A stretch of 64,000 bases of DNA from Harriotta raleighana. Lineage: Eukaryota. Of the stretch, positions 13,561-24,905 are shown in pieces. The DNA is taken from positions 9,761,372-9,825,371 of the forward strand of contig JBNZDD010013721.1 in NCBI GenBank assembly GCA_050575255.1. Reading direction: 5' to 3'. Numbering within the stretch: the stretch's first letter is position 1; the number at the start of each line of letters is the position of its first letter. The notes under the pieces are model-generated. The model was not told the DNA's origin. It was given only the letters and a program-made list of their open reading frames with translations, and did no database searches. Made by a program: the position numbers and the translations under genes.

Positions 13561-13849
13561 GACAACACTTTCTGTTTATTCCTCTGGTTGCCAGATTTTG
13601 TACTCAATAGATGGCTCAGAACTTGCCAAGAGGGATATTGAAAGCATTCTCAGAGTGTTAGTTGACCTATTGCTCACCGGTGTCTCGACTGTATAAGGCA
13701 ATAATAAAAAAACGCAAACTGGATGCTGGGCTACAAAGCCGAATCAGTCGTGTTTTGATTCCCCAGAAGCCATGCTGAAGCTGAAAGGTGGTGTGGTCAA
13801 GCTGGGCATGGTATATTGAGAATATTCTGTAAATCCTGTGAAAATGCTT

Positions 13850-14090
13850 TCCTGACGTGAATGCCTCTATATCAAATAAAAGGATTATTTATATTTTTAT
13901 TATAAGGCACTTCACAGACTGGATGTTTGGTCGTAGAACACGGCAGCCAAATTGTGCCCTGCAATGTGCTACAAACAGCCGTGTAATGCTTGAACAATTT
14001 TACCTGGGGATTGTTATATTATCTGTACCAGTGAAGAACAGTTACTTTGCTTGCTGGCAGTGTGATTTGGGATAGAATGTCACTGTGTCT
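13850..14090 (-). mobile_element. Old Deu-domain SINE fragment
   Basis: aaggcacttcacag...cggcagccaaattgtgc...acaaacagc matches the reverse complement of the SINE 3' body. Confidence 0.6.
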
Positions 14091-14781
14091 CAATTTACAT
14101 TGGGGAAAACCCTACACGTTGACAGGATTGAGAGAGGAAAATTTAAATATGCTTAAAAAATAATCTCCTTGCAAATGCCTGTCTTAAATGCATTTAGGTG
14201 GGTAAGATATGTTGATGGAGTTAAATGTCGAACTACCCCAAGACAGATTTGCTTGTAAACCTTTTACTTTGACAGTTTAATAATCTGCATTACATAATTT
14301 AGATGGCATAGCATTTTTATCTGAAAGTCTCACACACACGAAAGTGTTGCTCTGCTTTGTCACAATAGATCTCTTCCAGTCGTCCAATCTTTTATTCAAG
14401 CCCAAGCACCACAATTATTGCTGACCAAAACACATTAGAAGAGCAACAATAAGGGAGTACAGTAATGGGTATAAATTCAACTGGGGGAATGATTAAAGAC
14501 AAGTCAGCATAGATACAATGAATAAACTTACTGTTCGTGTGTTTATGCATTGGTCAATAATTGTTTAGCAAACGCTGTCTGGGACACTACCCTGCTTGAG
14601 AGGAGTTATGTAAATACAAGTTGTTGTTGCCGTGCTTGGTTGGATGTCTGCATTCGAAGTGACCGTTTCTCAATTTGTCTCATCTATTTGAAGCACCAAA
14701 TTGAAGAACGCAGTTGGGTATTCTCAATTCTAGCTGTTTCTCATACGATCCAAGGAATCACCTGGCCCAGTGTCAAATGTA

Positions 14782-15146
14782 CAGGAAAATCTCATTCATC
14801 TGTGACCCGATCAACCGAATTGCTCGACTCCTTCCCGGGGCAATTCCCCATTCCAGAATCGCGAGTTTGCTCACTTAGTAAACTTAGTAAACTTAGGAAC
14901 TTGGGTTTTTTACAGATCGGTAAAAAATGCTGTTTTACCGATGTTTTTCCCGACTGTGCTGGAATGCTTTATTGGTAAGTATCCATCCAATATTCTGTTA
15001 CTATGTAGTCTTTTATTAACATGGTATGTTTTAAAATAAGTTAATTTTTTATGTTGGGTTTTCGGGAACTTGTCCCCCGTTTATCCAGCACAGTCAATTA
15101 GTCGAACCCCGCCCGCCGAGCGTGCCGGATAAACGGGGTTTTACTG
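14782..15146. mobile_element. Tc1/mariner (pogo/Tigger-like) non-autonomous DNA transposon (MITE)
   Basis: Left end TA|CAGGAAAATCTCATTCATCTG versus right end CGGATAAACGGGGTTTTACTG|TG (15/21 complementary); TA-like target site; internal inverted repeats. Confidence 0.65.
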
Positions 15147-15514
15147 TGTTCAGTTGGCAAGATGCCATCGAGAGAAACTCAGTCTCAGGTTTTTGAGTTT
15201 GCATGAAAGCAACTTTCCCAAGCAGACTGCCAGAGATTGTCCCACTCTCTCTCCACTCTCACCCTTCTACCCAATCTCAAATCTGCTTTTGTTTTTACTT
15301 CCTCCACTTGGGAATTTGGATCTCGAGGAAAGCGATTCACTACCTTGCTAGTAGAATTCATTTATAGCTTCTGTCTGTCTTGCAGGACGTGGCAATAGAA
15401 AAAAAAAGAAAGTATCTGCAGTCTGATTAATGTTCTTGGGAGTTTTCCTTCTAACCAGCCAGGAGACTGACAATGTGCTATTCGACATCCAATTCATGTG
15501 TATTCCAAGACTTT

Positions 15515-15715
15515 GACCTTAGCAAAAGCAAAGGTTCTGGAGAGACTCAAGGGTTTTCAATTAAATTACTCTTTCAGGACAGATTAACCATACCCTAGGG
15601 TACTTGGAGATACAAGAGAGGAGATTTGTGAATCGCCTACTCATTTTGAAGGAGTCAATGAACAGTGGAGAAATTTTGACACACCACAGAAGCTATTGAA
15701 ATCCCTTATTTATTT
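15515..15715 (+). mobile_element. Highly decayed CR1 ORF2 fragment
   Basis: Remnant of the GPDxIHPRVLxE-EI-L-IF-S-G region (ataccctagggtacttggagatacaagagaggagatttgtg). Confidence 0.5.
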
Positions 15716-17109
15716 GCTTATTCAAGAAGAGCTATAGAACAATGCTAACCCACTGTAGCCCCATTGCCAGATCTCAATAATTGGGAAGCAAACAACGAGT
15801 AGCACTTGTACATGGTGGGAAATAAAACCATATGTTAGAATGGTGGAAATCTCAAACCAGTAAAATGCATCATTGAAGATTTCCTGTGCATTCTGACAAA
15901 ATAAATCATAAGATCTCATGAGAGGTTAGTATGAAGAGGCCCTTCAGGCTCATTTGATCTAATATTTCATTGTATGAGTTTGACTTCTTGGGATCCAAAC
16001 TGAATTGATGTGATAGCACAGCTTAATATGGTTGTGCCTTATTTTTTCTTCTTGTTGCCTCACATGGCTTAGATATAGGAGTGGTGAGTCAACTAGCACT
16101 ATTGGATTTCTTTCAGCTTCTTGCCAAATTCTGATCCTTCAGTGGAGGTACATTTATCTTCTGTTTGAAATCCCATACACAGTACCTTGAATTTATTTGT
16201 TTTGAACGACTACTGTGCTTTTATTTCATAGCTCAGGGGTTTATGTCTGGAGTAATTCAATTGAAGACAAATGGCCCTGGTTCAAAATCTGCATTTCATT
16301 AGTTAATTAGCTGATCTCGAAGCCATCACTCATTTTCCTTTTAATTTTTTACTTTGCTCTGATTGATTTTGTTCGAGTGAAAATACTTCTTGAGCGTATT
16401 GGAAAGCCTGAGTTCATAGTTTTTCTTCATCTCAAAAGCTTGTGAATTGTAATAGTGTGCCCAAGCACTGAAAGGGGAGATTGCAAGTTCAATCTTCCCA
16501 TACCATGTTGGGCAGTTGTTTGCTGCATGTGGTTGCAATGATGATTATGTTGCTGGACAACACTAGAGGGATTTTCCTTTTATAGCAGTTAAAGAAATTA
16601 ACTGGACATGTCTTTGTTCATTGTCTGGATGGAGAAACCATTGACAACTGCATCAGAGTTTGATAAATCATCAGAGATTTAGATGCTTCTGACTATTATG
16701 TGACAAGATGTCCCATTTGTCCTGTAGGAAAAGAATCATTCAGGTTATACTGATTGTGAAAAACAGATCCAACCACTTTTCTTCACCTCCCAAGTCTGCT
16801 GCCACTCTTAACAGAAGCAGAAAAACAAAATCCACATTTGCAGCGATCAAAATGTGAGGGTCTACAAAGCCCCTGGCAAAGAAAATTCTTCGTTCATAAT
16901 CTTTGTTCATTCTACTTGCTTGAATGGACAGAAAACCATTGAATTGTGTGTTTTTCTTTTGAGTTTTCAATGAGAAACCTGCGCAATTACAAAAATAATA
17001 GAAATTATCCCATTGAAAAGAAAAGAAAACGAATGCAATTTGCATATTGTGAGCTTTGTTATGTTTCCAGCATGTAATTCTTGTATTGAATAGCAAAGTA
17101 TAACAATTA

Positions 17110-17515
17110 GAATAATCCTTGCACTCGATACAACGCCACAGGACCTCTTAAAGCGCTTCACAAGATTTACTGTACAGTGCACTTTACTGTATAGTGCAAT
17201 TTATGGGTGAACAAGGCAGTCAATTTGTGCACAGGATCGCCTTATAAACAGTCAGGAAGCGAATGACCAATTTCATCTGAGGGATTGTTTGCCATGGTAC
17301 CGAGAGAAATTCCCTTCCCATCGTGAATAGAGCCAGGGATCCCCTTGAAAAGGCAGAGAGGACCTGAATTTAATGTCCCATCTGAATGGCAGCAGCTCTG
17401 AAAATGCGATGCTTCCCAGTCCTGTATTGGTGTGTCAATCTAAACTTGAGTCCAAAGTCTCGAACTGACAGCTTCTGACAGATGAGAGGACTAGTAACTA
17501 TGCAATTCTGACACA
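17110..17515 (-). mobile_element. Near-full Deu-domain SINE (SacSINE1/AmnSINE1-like)
   Basis: Reverse strand reads ...ttcagatgggacattaaattcaggtcctctctgcc...gatccctggctctattc...ggtcattcgc...ctgtgcacaaattgactgcc...gtgaagcgcttt, in Deu-domain order. Confidence 0.75.
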
Positions 17516-17612
17516 CTGAAGCTAAAGTCAGAGCAAGCTGTGCAAACATTATTCTTTGGATCTAGAAAATCCTGGTTTGGGAGTTATCATTTATTAAATT
17601 AAGCTTGTTAAN

Positions 17613-18380
17613 TTTCTTTTGAGTTTTCAATGAGAAACCTGCGCAATTACAAAAATAATAGAAATTATCCCATTGAAAAGAAAAGAAAACGAATGCAATT
17701 TGCATATTGTGAGCTTTGTTATGTTTCCAGCATGTAATTCTTGTATTGAATAGCAAAGTATAACAATTAGAATAATCCTTGCACTCGATACAACGCCACA
17801 GGACCTCTTAAAGTGCTTCACAAGATTTACTGTACAGTGCACTTTACTGTATAGTGCAATTTATGGGTGAACAAGGCAGTCAATTTGTGCACAGGATCGC
17901 CTNACCACAGGACCTCTTAAAGCGCTTCACAAGATTTACTGTACAGTGCACTTTACTGTACAGTGCAATTTATGGGTGAACAAGGCAGTCAATTTGTGCA
18001 CAGGATCGCCTTATAAACAGTCAGGAAGCGAATGACCAATTTCATCTGAGGGATTGTTTGCCATGGTACCGAGAGAAATTCCCTTCCCATCGTGAATAGA
18101 GCCAGGGATCCCCTTGAAAAGGCAGAGAGGACCTGAATTTAATGTCCCATCTGAATGGCAGCAGCTCTGAAAATGCGATGCTTCCCAGTCCTGTATTGGT
18201 GTGTCAATCTAAACTTGAGTCCAAAGTCTCGAACTGACAGCTTCTGACAGATGAGAGGACTAGTAACTATGCAATTCTGACACACTGAAGCTAAAGTCAG
18301 AGCAAGCTGTGCAAACATTATTCTTTGGATCTAGAAAATCCTGGTTTGGGAGTTATCATTTATTAAATTAAGCTTGTTAA
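17613..18380. other. Probable assembly false duplication of 16953-17611
   Basis: Near-identical repeat bounded by single n at 17612 and 17903. Confidence 0.85.
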
Positions 18381-18519
18381 CACTTCAAAAGATGAGTGTG
18401 GTGGCTTGAGTTTGCTTGGGGATAAACTATTTTAAATATCATTTCACCAACACCGTCCCCCACCCTTTCAAATCCCAACTTCAAATTCTGTACCTGTAAC
18501 CCTTCCAACATGTACTACA

Positions 18520-18632
18520 AAAGTATCTGTCTATCATTCTTTTAAACGCCCGATTGATTCCGCCACTCCAGCTTTCTGGGTCATAGCATTTCACTCTTCA
18601 CAAGCCTCTGTGTGAAGAAATGTTTCCTGACC
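18520..18632 (-). mobile_element. CR1 ORF2 3' fragment
   Basis: cctctgtgtgaagaaatgtttcct is the reverse complement of the R-x-F-F-T-Q-R motif near the CR1 ORF2 end. Confidence 0.55.
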
Positions 18633-18974
18633 TCACGATGATTTGGGGAGAAACAGCTTCTCTTGAAGTGTTGGCTCTGACATAAGGCTTGTTCCTGCAT
18701 TGGATGTAGCAGGTTTTACTATCCAGCTTTCCATATGGAAACTGAATGGGAAAATAAAGAGATTTGGCCAAGGATACCTCCATTTTTAATTCACTGTAAT
18801 AAATATATCTTGGCGTTTTTCTTTTAAAAAAAAACAAGTGTTCTTCTTTTCTCTCCGAGGCACTAACTCTTCAACAACAACAACGATTTATATAGCACTC
18901 TCCACGCCGGTCTGCGTCTCAGAGACTCTTGCATGGGTCTCCTTCAGAGATGCTATCTTGTCCGAATGGTGAAT

Positions 18975-19220
18975 TTATGTGCGGCTGTCAATAGACTGCT
19001 CAACTGTGGAGTGCATCACAGCCTTGCCTGATACTGCCTCAGACATGCACACATGCAGGTAGTCAGCCGGTTGCAATTGGCAGCAGGAACCCTGCTTGAT
19101 ATGCTCTTGCCTAGCTGTAAGGTATTTGTACAAATTGTACCATCCCTGTTACTGGAGCAGTGAGTAACAACGAACAAAGTTCAGTTGAGAACACAGACCT
19201 GTACCATGCTGGTCTCTGTA
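18975..19220 (-). mobile_element. Old SINE-like repeat (family B)
   Basis: catcacagcc...cagcaggaaccctgcttgat...aattgtaccatccctg...ctggtctctgta is the reverse complement of motifs at 26860-27230 and 61410-62085. Confidence 0.55.
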
Positions 19221-19255
19221 TTTTTTTCCAATAATACAGGTCTTGCTCTTATATA

Positions 19256-19573
19256 TAATAATAATCCTTGCATTTTGATATAGCGCTTTTCACATCTTAT
19301 CGACGTCTCAAAGCTCTTCTCAGAGTATACTGTAAAGTGAATTGATTGTATATTTGTGGGCGAAATGCGGCAGCCAATTGCGCACAGCAGCGTCCCACAA
19401 ACAGCCATGGATTGAAATGACCAATTTTTTTTTTGTTGTGTTTTTGGAAGGATTATTATTAGGCATGTGGAGTAAGCAAACTTGCCCAAGGTATTGCCCT
19501 GACCTGCCTGGATTTGATCACAGGTCTCATGCTTATAAAGCGAGTGCTCTAATCACTGAGCTACAGGAGCTCC
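19256..19573 (-). mobile_element. tRNA-derived SINE (family A, short form), full length
   Basis: Head GGAGCTCCTGTAGCTCAGTGATTAGAGCACTCGC, CCTTGGGCAAGTTTGCTTACTCCACA, Deu-like 3' body, (TTA)n tail. Confidence 0.92.
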
Positions 19574-20219
19574 ACAGAGACTCTCTTGTCCCATTAATGC
19601 ACTGACCATTATTTTGCCCTGTTTGTTGAATTGGTAATATCAAATACGGTTATTTTTACTTTTAATGTACAGGTTTTATAAACACACAGACCTGAACTCA
19701 TAAAGGTTTAGCTCAAGACTAAAAAAAAATCCCATTTTGTCCAGTTGGAATAATCTGGTTTATGATACTTCCGAAAGATATTCAATACATTGGGATATTC
19801 ACTGTAATTTAAAAAAAAGCATTTGGAGTTTAAGTTACTTAAGATAAAACTTAATACATTTTAAGCTATTGAAGGAATTGCTTTGTAATGTATATTTTCA
19901 GCTGTTATCCTCTGCAGCAAAACACTCATGATATTATAGAAAATGAAAATACCCCTTAAGGTGACCGGTAAATCTGTTCACAATAACCATATGAAAGGAA
20001 CAAAGGTAGATTGTGACCTTGAAGAAGTTTTTAGGGTCAATGTGACAAAAAATGCTACCCGTCTGTATTCCTCTACGGCTCCTTATTCATTGGAACAGTG
20101 TGCAGATTTTCATTGCTATGTGACTTGAGGATTGACACTGAAATACGTGTGAATCCAAAAGGCCTGAAAACTTGACTGTCATCATTTGAATTTACAAGGA
20201 TTCATCAGTTTGAAATGGA

Positions 20220-20590
20220 AGTCAAGCCTTGAACTCGCACAGGCTCGGCATGCACTCCGATGGAGGGCTGGCATATTATTGTATTGTCAGAGATGTTGTC
20301 CTCCAGATGAGAACGGAGTCTGCCTGTTCAGGTGGACATTCAAGATTGTATGTTGCTACTCGAAAAGAGAAAGGGTTTTCCCCTGAGGTTCTGGCCAACA
20401 ATCCCCCCCTCAAAAAAAAATTGGCCATTTGTTTCCTAACTGTTCGTGGAGCATTGCCATGCACACATGAACTGACATGTTTGACTGCAAATACACAGTC
20501 AGTCCACTTCTTAGTAAATCTTGTAAAGGGTTTTAAGATGTCATTCCTACGTGAAATACACTATACCAAATGCAAGGAATTTTATTATTA
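20220..20590 (+). mobile_element. Deu-domain SINE, older copy
   Basis: gtattgtcagagatgttgtcctccagatgagaacggagtctgcctgttcaggtggacattcaagat...ctggccaacaatccc...aaatgcaagga tail. Confidence 0.75.
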
Positions 20591-22656
20591 ATTTGTGTCG
20601 CACGACACACTTCCTGTTGAAACCAAAGCTGCAATACTTTCAAATCCAGGGTGCAACTGCTGCATTGTAGGTTGTAATATATACAGCACCAATGCAGTTC
20701 AACCAAACTGCAAGAGAGCAGCTTTGAACCCAGAGTATAGCTGCTCCTGTTATCTTCTGATCCACCTGTGACCTGCTTTCTATGGGGACTCGTACAGTCA
20801 GTTGGTAACCCATGATATTTCTCAATGCTGCATTCTCTCTTATCATTTCTTTCTTTTATTTATTTCTTGATCTGGGCCTTTGCATATTGTCCAAAAGAGT
20901 ATTGAAGGTGGTCTCAAAAATGTTAAGACTGTCAGACAACTGGGTCGTACAACCAACTTTGTCTCAGTCCTTGCTGAGCAAGGTACACGTTAACCACAGC
21001 AGAGACAAGACAGACAACTGTCTGCAGTGAAACACAGAATGTTATACAGCAGAGTAACTGGGGAAATCGTGAGCGACATGCAGCAATTTTCCTACAGTGC
21101 TTTCAACGACCTCTGACTTGTGTGGGATATGAGGCCAATATGTAGTAAACTGAATTTTCAATTTCTCCCTCAGAATCCCATTCAATAAAAATGGAAAATA
21201 GAAAGCATAAAGATGATAGTAACTGGCTATACATATTGTATCAGCAAGATAATTGTACCACGGACAAAATTCAGAAGTTGCCAGTGAAGTTTTACTTTAC
21301 TCTTTTTGGGAGAGATATTTTACCTTCAAATACATACGAAAAATCTATCGACAGAGGGTTAAATCATCTGAAATGCCAGCTTTGAACACAATCTCACCAG
21401 GGCATTTTCTTTTAATGGGAAATGATTCCTGCTTCACTATCAATCTCGCTGCACACACTGCTGGAAATGGACCGGTCGCTTTATGTCTTATTAGATGCTA
21501 TAGCTAGTCTTGCAGTCTCGTTGGCCTTTCAGTCCGTGACCTTTAAGCCTCCAATCTTTCAATATTGTGCTCAATGTAAGCTTTGGGGAGTTGGTTATTA
21601 CAGTTGTAACTGGAATAAAAATAAAACTTGTTCTGTACAAGACTGTTAATGCACAATCCGTTCAGGGGAGCCATCATTTAAGAGAAAGGTTTCCTGAGAA
21701 GGTTTCCTGAGATGCTGATTCATTTCTCGTGTGTTCTATTGTATCCCAAATAGTTTTGGGTTCACAAATGGGAGCGGGCAGTGTCCACAGGCTATTCCCC
21801 GTCAGAAGACATTTTTGTGCGAGAGACATGATTTTTAAAAAGGTCTTTTTTCTCCCATCATCGGTTGGGTTATTCATTTATTTCTCACCACATGCACAAC
21901 CAGCCACTATCCTCAGCTACTCTACGCTGGCGGCGTCACCTTTTACAAAAGGATTTGTGTGGCCACAAATCAAGTCGAGTGTATTTCATTTGGAAATGTT
22001 TTCAGGTCCATGTTTTTCCAATTATGATGCACATTAACTAGTTTCATAATGAGTGATTGCAAAATGCATTTCATTTTTTGTCAAAAAACAACTGCGCTGG
22101 ATATTAAGAGTTCTGTCTATTCTAAAACATTTTGTCTGTAGAATTTGCATTTATATTTGCTCAGGAAACCAGCACTCATTTGCTTAGTTTTGTAATATCA
22201 TAATCAATAATTTTACACATAAAAGGTGATTTAAACACAGGTATACTCTGTAATAATCTGAAGTTATGTTGTACAAAGAACTCAATGATCAGAACGCCTT
22301 TCTTGGGAAAATAGCATGTTCCTATAACTGTGTACACACAGGTGACCAGTGACAACAATGCAAGTCATTGCAGATTTGATTGAAAATCCCATCTGATGCC
22401 TATTCTGCTGCACTTGTGACTGTGACACAGGGGGAAATAAGTCAACTGAAACCACCAATATGAGTTAACAGACACATGAATCCACCCTTCAGAGCACAAC
22501 ACTCTCAATAGAGTTTCTTGCATTTGAATTATAGATTGTATGCACAGAAGTTTTACTCCAATTCAGCACCGAGCATCAACATTGTTGAGCATAGCAGTGA
22601 ATCAAGTGCCATCCCAGCAGCGGCCTTTATAGACCGGCTTTACTGTGGTTTAATTT

Positions 22657-22669
22657 GTTGCCAAGTAAC
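22657..22669. promoter_or_regulatory. RFX X-box motif
   Basis: GTTGCCAAGTAAC; motif match only. Confidence 0.35.
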
Positions 22670-23302
22670 CTTGGACCTTGGAGCTAATCTCTGATCAGTA
22701 ACCATCTGTTCAGCATCTCTTCAAAGGAGGGTATTGGAAGTGACCTAGTGGGGAAATGAACTATCAGCCTCCAGTTTTATAGCAATGATGGACATCAGTT
22801 TTGGACAACCAGATTGCAGGCTCCACAGCGGGTGGTCCTATAGTCCATTTTATCTGGAGCGTATCCCTAATAAAGATGTAATTCTACTGAAGTACTCCGA
22901 ATGTGGGACCTCAGAATCATTTACTGCTGAAGCAATTGTCTCTGACTTGAGAGAATGGGCTGCATGATTCAGTGCTTAATGCTCCTCTAAAACAACACTG
23001 AGTGAAATGGGGAAGATAGTCTCGGTAACCAGTGGAATGATTTTTTTTACAATGTTTGTAACTTCTGCTTTAAAATAATCTAGTCTGGTCAAAAGGCAAC
23101 CCAGCATGATTTTTTTTCTTAAAAAAAAGTTTATTTCTGATGGATCAATGTTACTGTTGCTGGCGGAAGAATGATTTCCTTTCTCGTGCAAATACTGAGA
23201 ACGGAGAGATGCTGAATTGTGGAGGAGCTTGAACAGCTGCTCAATAAATGCAAAGTGACAGTGAAGAAATTGCGTTTCTTTAACCCTTTGCCCTGGTTAT
23301 TT

Positions 23303-23335
23303 ACAGTGCCCTCTAGTGGCTTCTCGACTGTATAA
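23303..23335 (-). promoter_or_regulatory. CTCF motif
   Basis: Minus strand GCCACTAGAGGGCACTGT, close to the core CCACYAGRGGGCRC; motif match only. Confidence 0.5.
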
Positions 23336-23502
23336 TTTGGCTCATTTTCTGAAGCTGTTAATTACGCTGATTAAGCTGCCTCAGCAATTGCAGGATATTG
23401 GAAGTGGCAGAGAACAGGTTTGGGCATCTTACAATCGTCTTCCTCGTCGAGAGAGAAGCAAAGCGTTGGGGCCTGGAATTTGCATTTGCTGCACCATTTT
23501 GT

Positions 23503-23682
23503 AACAACAATAATAATAATAATCCTTGCGTTTGATTATAGAGCTTTTCATGTCTTCTCGACGTCTTAAAGCGCTTCACAGAGTATACNTAATAATAATA
23601 ATCCTCGCGTTTGATTATAGAGCTTTTCATGTCTTCTCGACGTCTTAAAGCGCTTCACAGAGTATACTGTAAAGTGAATTTA
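23503..23682 (-). mobile_element. Family A SINE 3' tail (duplicated across n at 23589)
   Basis: aataataatccttgcgtttgattatagagcttttcatgtcttctcgacgtcttaaagcgcttcacagag present twice. Confidence 0.85.
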
Positions 23683-23894
23683 TACTTTGCAATTGAAGAT
23701 TTCCTTTGAAAGCAGCACTTTTGTTATCCCCGTGGGCGTACATAGAATGCAATGTTTGTGATCGGGCCAGTAAAATGCAACGATGATGGGGAAAAAAATC
23801 TCAAATTCCATACCTGTAACAGTAGACCATCCCTAGGCTATTTCGTAACAGTTTGAATGGTTCTTACAGATTTACTGTCACACAAGATTACTTA

Positions 23895-23997
23895 GTTGTC
23901 AAGCAACAGAAGCCCGAAAAGTGATATATTTATATCATTAGCACGTCTTCAGAAGCTACTGAAGGGTTGCTAGGTCATTGCCTAGCAACCATCAAAG
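23895..23997. promoter_or_regulatory. RFX X-box cluster with adjacent TCF/LEF-type site
   Basis: GTTGTCAAGCAAC (23895-23907), GGTTGCTAGG-tcattg-CCTAGCAACC (23965-23990), ATCAAAG (23991-23997). Confidence 0.45.
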
Positions 23998-24190
23998 TGC
24001 TCCAAATAAAGATGCAGTATAAGCTAATGTAAAGGCAACAGCAACTTGTGTCCACTGAATTCAATCCAGTTCTCCCATGGGTTAATTTCACAGTTGTGTT
24101 CATTGCCCTGCACTTTCCTCAAATTAAATGTGTAGGACTAATTGTTAGAAACTCAGGCATTTGGAAGGGTGCACTCTCAAAGACTCTCTC

Positions 24191-24237
24191 GTACGCGCGC
24201 TCGCGTGCGCACACACACACACACACACATACATACA
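24191..24237. repeat. (CG)/(CA)n alternating purine-pyrimidine microsatellite
   Basis: gtacgcgcgctcgcgtgcgc(ac)n atacataca. Confidence 0.9.
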
Positions 24238-24754
24238 GATTTATGAATGTATTCATAATATTTCTAGCTTAATAGATTCACACCTTCTGCGGGGTCATCA
24301 ATGGAAACGGTTGCAAATTAGTGGTTGAGAAGCAAATTCCAAGATCTAACCATTAATTTATTGAACTGGTGGGGGCGGGGGTTAAAAATAACTAACTGGA
24401 AGAAATCTTTTGGAAGGCTGAAACTGTGACTGGCAGCAGTCCTGCTTATTGTTGGCCTTCTGGTCAAAGCTCTGGCTGTGAATTGGGCGAGTCTATTCAG
24501 GACCATCAGTCAGATCTACCTCGTTTTCCGACACACTGCTCAATTGACACAGCTTAAATCTCTCAATATTACAATTTAAAATGCACGCTGTGTTCTGGAT
24601 GAGTGCAAATCCATCTCTTAAATGCCATCATTATAAAACCGGGGGCAATCCATAGACCGGTGTCCAAATGAGATTTGGCTTATGAAACATCAGGGAAGCA
24701 ATAATGGGTGGAGTGACTTTCCATTGAGCTGGATTTAAACGTAGTTGCTTAGCA

Positions 24755-24905
24755 GAATTTAGGAATAGGAGTCAGGCCTGTTCCGCCAATCTGTTAGATC
24801 GGGATTGATCTGTACCTCAACTTCATTTTACCCTCCTTTGTTTTGTATCCCTTGATACCTTTGCCTAACTAAAATCTATCGACCTCAGCTCTGAAAATTT
24901 GAATT
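24755..24905 (-). mobile_element. CR1/L3 3' end fragment
   Basis: tatcccttgatacctttgcctaactaaaatctatcgacctcag is the reverse complement of the 3555-3730 family. Confidence 0.75.

Noticed and set aside
13178-13696. 172-aa plus-strand ORF, the longest in the window
   Set aside because: Antisense shadow of the CR1 RT frame
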